Of a DNA stretch of 32,000 nucleotides, positions 9,096 to 17,209 are shown one piece after another. How positions within the stretch are numbered: the first letter of the stretch is position 1; each line of letters starts with the position of its first letter. Made by a program: the position numbers and the translations under genes. The stretch covers positions 1,200,001 through 1,232,000 of the forward strand of contig NC_000916.1 of assembly GCF_000008645.1 (NCBI RefSeq), in the 5' to 3' direction. Origin of the DNA: Methanothermobacter thermautotrophicus str. Delta H (GTDB taxonomy: Archaea > Methanobacteriota > Methanobacteria > Methanobacteriales > Methanothermobacteraceae). Below the pieces are notes generated by a model. It was not told the origin of the DNA and did no database searches. It was given only the letters and a program-made list of their open reading frames with translations.

Positions 9096-11888
9096 ATGAG
9101 GAGATTATTCATGGTTTCAGTTCTTTTCCTTCTGGCCATGCTTACTGGTTCAGTGGCAGCTGCAGACAACGCAACCTGCGAGGTTGGTGTCCTTGTCAGC
9201 TACCAGTACAGCGATGATAACGGTAGGATCAATCCGACCCTCGAAATCACGGATTCAGGTACAGGCATAGAATACAACCGGACCTACGACCCATCCAGTG
9301 GTTATACAAAGCTGATCTTCCAGCATTCAAACATAAGCGCGGCAAACCTTACACTGACTGTGAGGGCACCGGGCTACGTTACCGTCGAGAGAAGGTTAAA
9401 CCTCACACCGAACCCCATGGACCCCCGGCACACCGGGTACTATGCAAGCATAAACCTTGTTCTAAATGCAACCGAACCATACCGGATCGGTAGAGAGTTG
9501 ACAGAAAAAGCAGATAAGCTCCTGAACTTCACAGGGAAGGGAGAAGTTCTTGTTATAACAACAGCCGGCCTTGTGAAGTACCATAATATGACTACAGAGG
9601 ATGTCCTGGAGGGAATACTTAACAGGGGAGGTGGCCTGATAAGCTACGGCAGAGCTAACCTCCTTACAGTCCGAAAAACAGCCACAGATCCTCTGTGTAC
9701 GGCTTTCATAGTGAGGAAGGGTAACGATCTTCTCATGGCATTCTACAGGAACACCACACTGGTGTACCTTGGAACGGTGTCCCAGAACATGAGCTCTGCC
9801 CAGTGGAACAACCTTACATCAAAGCTGGGGGATGATGCCTTCCCCTTCGCAAGCCTTGCAAATGCATGGGCAGCTGGAGCACCAGCAGATCTGCTCAAAC
9901 AGGCCGCATTCCATGGACACATGTGCCTGGGTACCATAAGCGGATATGCCATGAGTAAAACCATCTACATGTACTATCCACCTATCCAGGACTGGTCCAC
10001 CGGTTCACCCATAGAGATAACCAGCTACGTCACCATAGGTGTTCCCGGCGGCTCAGACGATGATGCCCTCATACTTGCACTCGATAACACCCCCGGGAAG
10101 AGGTCATACCTCGGCTTCGATACAACCGGTGCCGGTGCAGAGGACAGTATGGTGGGCTTCATAAGGTGGAACTCAAGGACAAACACCGGTACCCTTGTGG
10201 TCATGAAGTTCGACCAGCAGGCACTCATAGATACCTACAAAAGGGAGACCGGAGTATCAATGGTTCAGGAACTCAAATTCAATGCCTGGCTCGTTAAAAA
10301 GGTCACAGAGAACCCTGCCTCCATTGTAACTATCGTTAAGGAACTCGACAACCTGACAGCCGACCAGTACTACTACCTGGCAGGAAGGGAGGTCAACTAC
10401 AACCAGGTAAATGAGACCCATGGACTGGACATGAACTACATAAACAGCCTCAATCTGCCAAACGCCACCAGGGCAAATGTGAATGCAACATGGAATCCTG
10501 TGAGCTATGCTGAGCTCCGTGAAATCGGTAGAAGGGCCGCTGAAATGGCTAAGGAGATATTCCTGGCTGAGAGAGGAATAAACCTTGAAAGGGACGATCT
10601 CAATGTAGCTGTCCTCACATCAGCCGGTTACGTCTACCTGAACGGCACCCCGACCGATGGCTGCTACGACGGAATATTCAGCGTTCTTGGTTCAAGGCTA
10701 AGCAGGAAAAACCTTCTGCCAGTCCACAGCCCATTCTACAAACCACTATGGTTCACCTTCGTCTTGAAGGGTGCTGATGGGAAAACACTGGACTCAGTGC
10801 ATATAACCTACAATCCACTGACAGGTGAACTGAGTGCCGGAGCAGGGCCGGATGGTTCACGGGTTAACGATATAGGTCCCGCAGCCCTCAATAACGCGAC
10901 AAGGGATAACGCCAATTCCGCGATATTCGGTAGCTCCTACTTCAGCATTGAGAGCATAGCCAATGCCTGGAAGTACAGCATCCCCTATGACCAGCTGGTA
11001 ACCTTCCTGTTCCACAACCATGTCTGTCCGGGTGTCCAGCCAGGATTCTTCATCACCGAGTACGCCCTTGAGAACTATCCACTTGCAGCCGGCCAGCAGT
11101 ATCAGTGGTTCGGGACAAGCATATACTGCAAGGATGACGCCCTCCTCTACCTCATGGGTGTTAGTCCCGGTACCGGGACCTACTTCGCCAAGAGGGTCCT
11201 CCAGGAGGAACTCGAATCCCCGATGGTACCCGGTGGAAGTGAAGAGGGAATACTCATAGTCTGGGATCCAGTTAAGAAGGTTGGTAAGGCTGTGATGATA
11301 AGCTTCAGGTGGCCAGAGTTCGACCTCAGCGACTGCACCACAAGGAACGCCATGTTCGAGAAGTGGGCTGCCGCCTTTATAATGCTCTACAGTGGCCAAA
11401 CACCATCCTACATGACGTCCCCAATGGTCCTCACAAAGGAGGTTGAGAAGTGGATAACCGAGGACGAACTCAGGGTGATACAGAGCGGTGCAAACGGTAA
11501 CCCCCTGGCATACCTGCGTTCAATACCTGCACGAAACCTTGAGGACCTTATACCTGTGAACAACGGTGGAACACCAGTTAACACAGGAGGAAACCAGGGA
11601 GGTTCCCATGGTGGTTCAACTGGAGGTGTTCCTTCAGGTTCAGCTTTCACAGGACATGCAGGTTATTCACCGGGTGTGGATACTGCGGCTTCACCTGCAG
11701 AGGTGGGCGCTGCATCCTCAGTGTCAGAGGAGCCTGCATCAGCCCCTGCAAAGGCCTATGAGGTTAAGAATGTGACCTCAGGTGCCAGGGGCGGTGACTC
11801 CTCATGGTACGTCTACGGTATCGTGGGTGTCCTTGTTGCCGCTGGTCTTGTGGCCTTCGGATTCCTCAGGGGCGGAGCAGGAAAATAA
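9096..11888 (+). CDS. Secreted, C-terminally membrane-anchored protein with two FmdE-like domains
   Basis: GGGAGGTGA lies 5 nt upstream of the ATG at 9096. There is a signal peptide (MRRLFMVSVLFLLAMLTGSVAAADN) and a PEGA/Ig-like N-terminal module (LTVRAPGYVTVERRLNL). Two FmdE-type HxH-x-C-x-G motifs are present: FHGHMCLG at nt 9909-9932 and FHNHVCPG at nt 11010-11033. Many N-x-S/T sequons occur. The C-terminus has a G/S-rich linker, KAYEV, and a TM helix. Confidence 0.8.
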   Translation: MRRLFMVSVLFLLAMLTGSVAAADNATCEVGVLVSYQYSDDNGRINPTLEITDSGTGIEYNRTYDPSSGYTKLIFQHSNISAANLTLTVRAPGYVTVERRLNLTPNPMDPRHTGYYASINLVLNATEPYRIGRELTEKADKLLNFTGKGEVLVITTAGLVKYHNMTTEDVLEGILNRGGGLISYGRANLLTVRKTATDPLCTAFIVRKGNDLLMAFYRNTTLVYLGTVSQNMSSAQWNNLTSKLGDDAFPFASLANAWAAGAPADLLKQAAFHGHMCLGTISGYAMSKTIYMYYPPIQDWSTGSPIEITSYVTIGVPGGSDDDALILALDNTPGKRSYLGFDTTGAGAEDSMVGFIRWNSRTNTGTLVVMKFDQQALIDTYKRETGVSMVQELKFNAWLVKKVTENPASIVTIVKELDNLTADQYYYLAGREVNYNQVNETHGLDMNYINSLNLPNATRANVNATWNPVSYAELREIGRRAAEMAKEIFLAERGINLERDDLNVAVLTSAGYVYLNGTPTDGCYDGIFSVLGSRLSRKNLLPVHSPFYKPLWFTFVLKGADGKTLDSVHITYNPLTGELSAGAGPDGSRVNDIGPAALNNATRDNANSAIFGSSYFSIESIANAWKYSIPYDQLVTFLFHNHVCPGVQPGFFITEYALENYPLAAGQQYQWFGTSIYCKDDALLYLMGVSPGTGTYFAKRVLQEELESPMVPGGSEEGILIVWDPVKKVGKAVMISFRWPEFDLSDCTTRNAMFEKWAAAFIMLYSGQTPSYMTSPMVLTKEVEKWITEDELRVIQSGANGNPLAYLRSIPARNLEDLIPVNNGGTPVNTGGNQGGSHGGSTGGVPSGSAFTGHAGYSPGVDTAASPAEVGAASSVSEEPASAPAKAYEVKNVTSGARGGDSSWYVYGIVGVLVAAGLVAFGFLRGGAGK

Positions 11889-11897
11889 ACCCCAAAA

Positions 11898-11909
11898 TTT
11901 TTTCTTTTT
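11898..11909 (+). terminator. Oligo-T tract (TTTTTTTCTTTTT) 10 nt after the stop of the secreted FmdE-like gene
   Basis: This is an archaeal-type oligo-T termination signal, read directly from the sequence. Confidence 0.5.
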
Positions 11910-12083
11910 GATGCTGTACAGGAGCAGAGAATGTGAAATAACTGAGGGTAGAAATTAAGAGTCTTCGAAGCTTATCTGGAGTATCTCAATAAGTTCTATG
12001 GATATACAGAAAAAATTCTGGATCTCTCCTCAGTGTGTCGCCGATACAAAGGAGATCTGCCAGATTGTTAGCATTCAGGACTC

Positions 12084-13838
12084 TCACTCATTTACTATGG
12101 CCTCCTTGAAGAACTCTGGCAGAAGTGACCTGTAGAGGGGGCTTCTGAATATCATCTCTATGTTACCGTCAAGGATGTAGGTGTAGCAGGAGTCATCATG
12201 GGCCCTCATTCCACGCCCATAGGCCTGCATGAGGGTCATTATGGTTTTGTAGGCGTACCACCTCTGATCCATCCTCTGCCTCCGGTTAACCTGCTTATCA
12301 CCCAGGTAGGGGAATGGTATCTTGTAGATCACCTGGAAGCGGCACTTGTCATAGGGTAGATCAACACCCTCACTCATGGATGGGCTTACAAGCACCAGGG
12401 GCTCGTCGGACTCCTCAAAGTACCTCAGCACCGCCTCCCTGTTGGATGCCTTATGGTCGATGAGCCTCCTGCTGGGTATATTATCCATTATGAAGCGCTG
12501 GCAGCGATAGTTGTGGGTGTGTATGAGTCCCTTATCGTTTTTATGCCTCTCAAGGATCCTGTTAAGGATGGGTATGGTCTCGGGGGCCGTGTGCCTTATC
12601 CTGTTGCGGGACATCTTCCCTGCGATCTTCAGTTCTATGGGCCTTCTGGATGCAGGGAACGGACTGTCAACCCTTACAAAGTATGCATCCCCTGGATTTA
12701 TGCCGAGCCACTGGCAGAAGAGCCTCTCACTGAGTATGGTGGCGCTCATGAATAGGCAGACCTCAGAGTAGGAGAAGAGCCTGTCATGTGCATAGTGATG
12801 TACCCTCAGGGGCTTGAAGGAGACAGAGTCATCATCGGCGTCGATGACCCAGTTCTTTGGTTCATCCTCCAGACTCATCCTGAGCTCCGAGAGCCTCTTT
12901 ATGGTCCTCTTTATCCTGTCCCTTCTCCTTCTTGACATTGAATCCAGTTCAAGGTCACTGTAGTGGTCTGCTATTGCCTCAATCTGGAGCACCCATTCAG
13001 CCGGGTCATCCTCCCGGAGCATCGATGGGGGTATTGTTCTTCTGATATCCTTGCTGAGGCGTTTGTTTGATATGGTTACTTCGAGCCTCCTCATGAGCTT
13101 GTCCTCGATGTTGTGAGCCTCATCCAGTATCATGAGGTTTCTCCGGTCGAAGTGACCGACGTAGTTGAGTTCAAGGAATGCATAGTCATAGTTCATGAGG
13201 GTTATAGGGCTGTTTATGGCCTCTGCCTTCTGTTCCCAGTACTGGCAGTGCTCAGCTGTCTTGAAGAATACCCTGTTACCATAGGAGTCCTGGAAGGCCT
13301 CCTCTCCAAGGAGCGTCTCCCCCCTCACAACACCGTAGGGGCACTGGAACTTCTCTGATGAGGGCAGTGTCTGGCATGTCCCCATGTCACAGGTTGACTC
13401 CAGGTTGTCGTTGAGGCAGAAGAAGTTACTCCTCCCCTTGACGACGGGAAACCCGAATTCCCTGGCATACTGGTCCTGGAGCTGTTTGGTCATGGTGAGG
13501 ATGTAGGCTGGCTGGTAGATACCTGCGAGGGTACAGGCTATTGCTGATTTGCCTGTGCCTGTGCCGGCCTCAAGTATAACGTACCTGTAACCTTCCTCGA
13601 TTGCCTGGTAGATGTCGTTTATTATGTCAAGCTGTCCCGGTCTTGGCTGTGGAAAGGGGAAGTTCTCTATGATCTCCGGGGGTATGTGGGGATACCTCCT
13701 CTGGAGGTCTTCGTTGAGGGTGTCTGATTTCTCAGGAGGCCTTATAATGTTTCTGAAGAACGAAAGACGCCCCTTGCCCTTGCATGTGCAGTTATCCCTC
13801 ATCATTCCACAGTCTGGACAGAAGAGTGGGTTTTCCAT
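12084..13838 (-). CDS. XPD/Rad3/DinG-family Fe-S DNA helicase with N-terminal zinc ribbon
   Basis: 584-aa ORF with Walker A (EAGTGTGKS) and a DEAH box (ILDEAHNIED). A Cys cluster lies between them (FFCLND..STCDMGTCQ..FQCP). The N-terminus carries CPDCGMMRDNCTC. Confidence 0.8.
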   Translation of the reverse strand: MENPLFCPDCGMMRDNCTCKGKGRLSFFRNIIRPPEKSDTLNEDLQRRYPHIPPEIIENFPFPQPRPGQLDIINDIYQAIEEGYRYVILEAGTGTGKSAIACTLAGIYQPAYILTMTKQLQDQYAREFGFPVVKGRSNFFCLNDNLESTCDMGTCQTLPSSEKFQCPYGVVRGETLLGEEAFQDSYGNRVFFKTAEHCQYWEQKAEAINSPITLMNYDYAFLELNYVGHFDRRNLMILDEAHNIEDKLMRRLEVTISNKRLSKDIRRTIPPSMLREDDPAEWVLQIEAIADHYSDLELDSMSRRRRDRIKRTIKRLSELRMSLEDEPKNWVIDADDDSVSFKPLRVHHYAHDRLFSYSEVCLFMSATILSERLFCQWLGINPGDAYFVRVDSPFPASRRPIELKIAGKMSRNRIRHTAPETIPILNRILERHKNDKGLIHTHNYRCQRFIMDNIPSRRLIDHKASNREAVLRYFEESDEPLVLVSPSMSEGVDLPYDKCRFQVIYKIPFPYLGDKQVNRRQRMDQRWYAYKTIMTLMQAYGRGMRAHDDSCYTYILDGNIEMIFRSPLYRSLLPEFFKEAIVNE

Positions 13839-13977
13839 GGACCTATTTAAGGGGGTGGAACTATATAAGTTTAGAGAGTGCCACAGAAAAATAATGATAA
13901 TAAAGGCGGGTCTGGATATTTCCAGAGAAGGATGACCAGACCATCATCATGTCTACAGAGTTATTAAAGGTGTTCTA

Positions 13978-14676
13978 ATGCATGGAAAACTCATCGGTGT
14001 GGGTGTGGGTCCCGGGGACAGTGAACTTCTGACCCTCAGGGCTGTGAATGTACTCAGATCTGTTCCAGTTATATGCGCACCCCGTTCATCATCTGAGAGG
14101 GAGAGCATAGCCCTCTCAATCGTTGAAGATATCCTCACTGAACGCAGGGACGGCTGCAGAATACTTGACCCTGTGTTTCCAATGACTGATGACCGGGATG
14201 AACTTGAAAGTCACTGGGATTCTGCGGCCAGAATGGTTGCAGCTGAACTTGAGGATGGACGGGATGTTGCCTTCATAACACTGGGTGATCCATCCATCTA
14301 CAGTACCTTCAGTTACCTCCAGCAGCGCATTGAGGATATGGGCTTTAAGACAGAGATGGTGCCAGGAGTCACCTCCTTCACGGCATGTGCAGCCACCGCT
14401 GGCAGAACCCTCGTTGAGGGTGATGAGATCCTCCTTGTGGTGCCCCGGGTTGATGATCGGTTTGAGAGGGTGCTCAGGGATGTGGATGCCTGTGTGATCA
14501 TGAAGACGTCACGCCATGGCAGGAGGGCCATGGAGGTTGTGGAGTCTGATCCCCGCGGAAAGGATGTTGTATCTGTGGCAAACTGCAGCATGGATGACGA
14601 GGTCGTTGAAAGGGGATTTGCCTCCGGTGGAGGGTATCTTGCAACAACCCTTGTGAGGTTCAGGGAGCAATCCTGA
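13978..14676 (+). CDS. cbiL: Cobalt-factor II / precorrin-2 C20-methyltransferase
   Basis: 232-aa ORF with tetrapyrrole methylase motifs GVGVGPGDSELLTLRA and ITLGDPSIYSTF. Confidence 0.85.
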   Translation: MHGKLIGVGVGPGDSELLTLRAVNVLRSVPVICAPRSSSERESIALSIVEDILTERRDGCRILDPVFPMTDDRDELESHWDSAARMVAAELEDGRDVAFITLGDPSIYSTFSYLQQRIEDMGFKTEMVPGVTSFTACAATAGRTLVEGDEILLVVPRVDDRFERVLRDVDACVIMKTSRHGRRAMEVVESDPRGKDVVSVANCSMDDEVVERGFASGGGYLATTLVRFREQS

Positions 14677-14699
14677 AGCAACACCTCTATATATAAACC

Positions 14700-14707
14700 A
14701 AAAAAAA
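14700..14707 (-). terminator. T8 tract immediately after the msvR stop (A8 on the + strand)
   Basis: Read directly from the sequence. Confidence 0.4.
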
Positions 14708-15463
14708 TCAGCTTTCAGGAACAATCCTGAAGGAGCACCTTCCATCACCACGGGCATAACATTCCGTCTCCTCCACAATGACATCACCCTTGAAATGACG
14801 GCTGAATACCGCCTCAAGTATCCCTGAGTCCAGTGCACAGGCAGATTCACCTATCTGGTGGAGTAGTCCGCATTCAAAGCATTCATAGGCCCTGATCACC
14901 AGGGGATCTGTGCTCTCCACCTCAAGGACTCCCAGGCGGTTTATCATCCAGAACCTCCTGAGATTTTCAAGGAGATCCCCAAGTTCCTCCGATGCTATCC
15001 TCGGGTATATTACCTCCCCTATTCTTTTTCCTGCCTCATGGCGGACAGGGTCTATGTTTATGCCCTCCTTTATGAGTTCAACCCTCAGGACATGGAACAT
15101 CAGTCTGAAGAATTCAAGGGGGTCACCCCTCTCTGTGAGGTGCTCTGCAAGGAATTCTGTTTTTTCCTCATCCAGTTCATCGATCCTCTTCCTTGTGAGT
15201 TTACCAAGGTACCTTGAGTTTATCTCGAAGAGTTTTCTTCTCCTGTCTTCAGGATCCGGCATTTCAACTATGAGGCCCGCTTTCCTGAGGTCTGAGAGGT
15301 GTTTTGATACTGTGGACTTGGATTTATCTGTGATTCTGACTATTTCCTGGAAGCTGAGTGCTCCCTTTTTAAGTTCGGAGAGTATGAGCGACTTGACAGT
15401 GCTTTCTATTACCTCGATTCCAGTTTCGGTTGAGAATATCGTGAAATTATGTCTCCTCTTCAT
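14708..15463 (-). CDS. msvR: MsvR-type redox-sensing transcription regulator (ArsR-like wHTH + V4R domain)
   Basis: The N-terminal wHTH is LSFQEIVRITDKSKSTVSKHLSDLRKAGLI. The C-terminal module is Cys-rich and V4R-like (ECFECGLL...ACALDSG...ECYARGDGRCSF). It is divergent from fpaA-rlp-rub, as in the described Methanothermobacter msvR locus. Confidence 0.85.
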   Translation of the reverse strand: MKRRHNFTIFSTETGIEVIESTVKSLILSELKKGALSFQEIVRITDKSKSTVSKHLSDLRKAGLIVEMPDPEDRRRKLFEINSRYLGKLTRKRIDELDEEKTEFLAEHLTERGDPLEFFRLMFHVLRVELIKEGINIDPVRHEAGKRIGEVIYPRIASEELGDLLENLRRFWMINRLGVLEVESTDPLVIRAYECFECGLLHQIGESACALDSGILEAVFSRHFKGDVIVEETECYARGDGRCSFRIVPES

Positions 15464-15531
15464 TGGCCCATGTTATGTCTGAAGGACTATATTACTGTTT
15501 CAATACCATGGAACAGAAAAAATTATATAGA

Positions 15532-15569
15532 AGTTCGTATAGTATAGTACATTCGATGATATACGAACT
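15532..15569. promoter_or_regulatory. Operator-like inverted repeat in the msvR/fpaA intergenic region, abutting a TTATATA box (15523-15529)
   Basis: 10-bp perfect arms AGTTCGTATA (15532-15541) and TATACGAACT (15560-15569), separated by 18 nt. An inner TTCG-N8-CGAA unit lies at 15552-15567, which is the half-site type reported for MsvR. Confidence 0.7.
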
Positions 15570-15586
15570 AAATGTGTGGTGATATA

Positions 15587-16801
15587 ATGAAGGCCAGAGC
15601 AGAGAAGATAGCAGATGGATTATACTGGACTGGTGTCCTTGACTGGGACATCAGAAACTACCACGGATACACACTTCAGGGGACAACCTACAACGCCTAC
15701 CTTGTATTCGGAGATGAAGGTGTGGCGCTGATTGACAACTCATATCCAGGGACCTTCCAGGAGCTCATGGCAAGGATGGAGGATGCATTCAACCGTGAGG
15801 GAAGAGAGATGAGAGTGGACTTCATAGTCCAGAACCATGTTGAAAGGGACCACAGCGGAGTGCTGGTGGAACTTCACAGGAGGTTCCCTGAGGCAGAGAT
15901 CCACTGCACAGAAGTTGCCGTGGAGGGACTGCTCAAGCATTACCCGGCCCTTGAGGGCACAGAGTTCCGCACAGTGAAGACCGGGGATTCCATCGACCTC
16001 GGAGGAAGGACCCTCACCTTCCTTGAGGCACCCCTGCTCCACTGGCCAGACAGCATGTTCACCTTCCTTGATACCGGCATACTGTTCTCAAACGACGCCT
16101 TTGGACAGCACCTCTGCTATCCACAGCGCCTCGACACCGAAATACCCGAATACATACTCATGGATGCTGCCAAAAAATTCTATGCGAACCTCATAACACC
16201 CCTATCAAAGCTTGTGCTCAGGAAGTTCGATGAGGTGAAGGAACTCGGCCTCCTTGATAAGATAGGGATGATAGCGCCCTCCCATGGCCAGATATGGACC
16301 GAACCCATGAAGATAATAGAAGCATACACCGCCTGGGCCACAGGTAAGGTGAAGAAGAAGGTCACCGTAATCTATGATACGATGCACCACTCCACAGCCA
16401 TGATGGCCCATGCAATAGCAGAGGGGGCCATGAGCGAGGGGGCTGATGTGAGGGTCTACTACCTCCATGAGGACGACCGCAGCGAGATCGTGAAGGACAT
16501 ACTTGACAGTCACGCCATTGCCCTCGGAGCACCCGCAATCTACGATGAACCCTACCCGAGCGTTGGAGACCTCCTGATGTACCTCCGTGGTCTGAAGTTC
16601 AACAGGACCGGGCAGAGGAGGGCCATGGTATTCGGGTCAATGGGTGGCAGGGGAGGTGCCACCGGGACCATGCAGAAACTCCTTGCGGATGCTGGATTCG
16701 ATGTCATGGAGGCGGATGAAATCTACTACGTCCCGAACAATGAGGAACTCGATGCATGCTTCGAGGCTGGAAGAAGGCTTGCAGGTGATCTCAATGAATG
16801 A
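15587..16801 (+). CDS. fpaA: F420H2 oxidase, flavodiiron protein A
   Basis: It has the metallo-beta-lactamase-like diiron motif HVERDHSG and a C-terminal flavodoxin-like domain ([23 protein letters not shown]). A GGTGAT site precedes the ATG at 15587. The ORF-track start at 15572 is probably too long. Confidence 0.92.
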   Translation: MKARAEKIADGLYWTGVLDWDIRNYHGYTLQGTTYNAYLVFGDEGVALIDNSYPGTFQELMARMEDAFNREGREMRVDFIVQNHVERDHSGVLVELHRRFPEAEIHCTEVAVEGLLKHYPALEGTEFRTVKTGDSIDLGGRTLTFLEAPLLHWPDSMFTFLDTGILFSNDAFGQHLCYPQRLDTEIPEYILMDAAKKFYANLITPLSKLVLRKFDEVKELGLLDKIGMIAPSHGQIWTEPMKIIEAYTAWATGKVKKKVTVIYDTMHHSTAMMAHAIAEGAMSEGADVRVYYLHEDDRSEIVKDILDSHAIALGAPAIYDEPYPSVGDLLMYLRGLKFNRTGQRRAMVFGSMGGRGGATGTMQKLLADAGFDVMEADEIYYVPNNEELDACFEAGRRLAGDLNE

Positions 16802-17207
16802 AAACATCACCGGTGTCTGCAGGGGCACCGAACTTGAGAATGTTGTGGATGCAAACTTCAGGGGAGAGTGCAGTGAGGTCGGTATCTACCTTGCAATGGC
16901 AAGACAGGCCCAGCGTGAGGGCCTCCCCGAGGTTGCAGAGGCCTTAAGAAGAATAGCCCTTGAGGAAGCTGCCCATGCAGCCCGCTTTGCAGAGCTAAAC
17001 GGTGTGATCAGGGAAAACCTCAGGGAAAACCTTGAGATGATGCTTGAGGGGGAGGAGGCGGCTAACAGGGAGAAACGTGAGGCAGCCCTCAGGGCAAGGG
17101 AATGCGGTGTTGATGAGGCCCATGACTTCTTTGATGAGAGCTCAAGGGACGAGGGAAGGCATGCTGCCATGCTGAGGGGACTCCTCCAGAGGTACTTCCA
17201 GGGATAA
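16794..17207 (+). CDS. rlp: Rubrerythrin-like diiron four-helix-bundle protein lacking the rubredoxin domain
   Basis: Two E-x-x-H motifs are present (EEAAH, DEGRH) plus upstream Glu-containing helices. The ATG at 16794 follows a GGTGATC site and overlaps the fpaA stop by 8 nt. The longer ORF-track start at 16644 lies inside fpaA. Confidence 0.8.
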   Translation: MNENITGVCRGTELENVVDANFRGECSEVGIYLAMARQAQREGLPEVAEALRRIALEEAAHAARFAELNGVIRENLRENLEMMLEGEEAANREKREAALRARECGVDEAHDFFDESSRDEGRHAAMLRGLLQRYFQG

Positions 17208-17209
17208 CC

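Noticed and set aside
9743-11399. Several minus-strand ORFs (73, 67 and 180 aa) within the secreted FmdE-like gene
   Set aside because: They are antisense to a long, motif-bearing ORF and have no independent support.
13909-13942. Cobalamin riboswitch upstream of cbiL
   Set aside because: The element is only ~35 nt long, and I could not find the conserved B12-box or the multi-helix architecture. It is kept only as a generic palindrome / alternative-hairpin observation.
14313-15482. ORFs antisense to cbiL and msvR (123, 113 and 190 aa)
   Set aside because: They are shadow ORFs. The opposite-strand genes carry clear family motifs.
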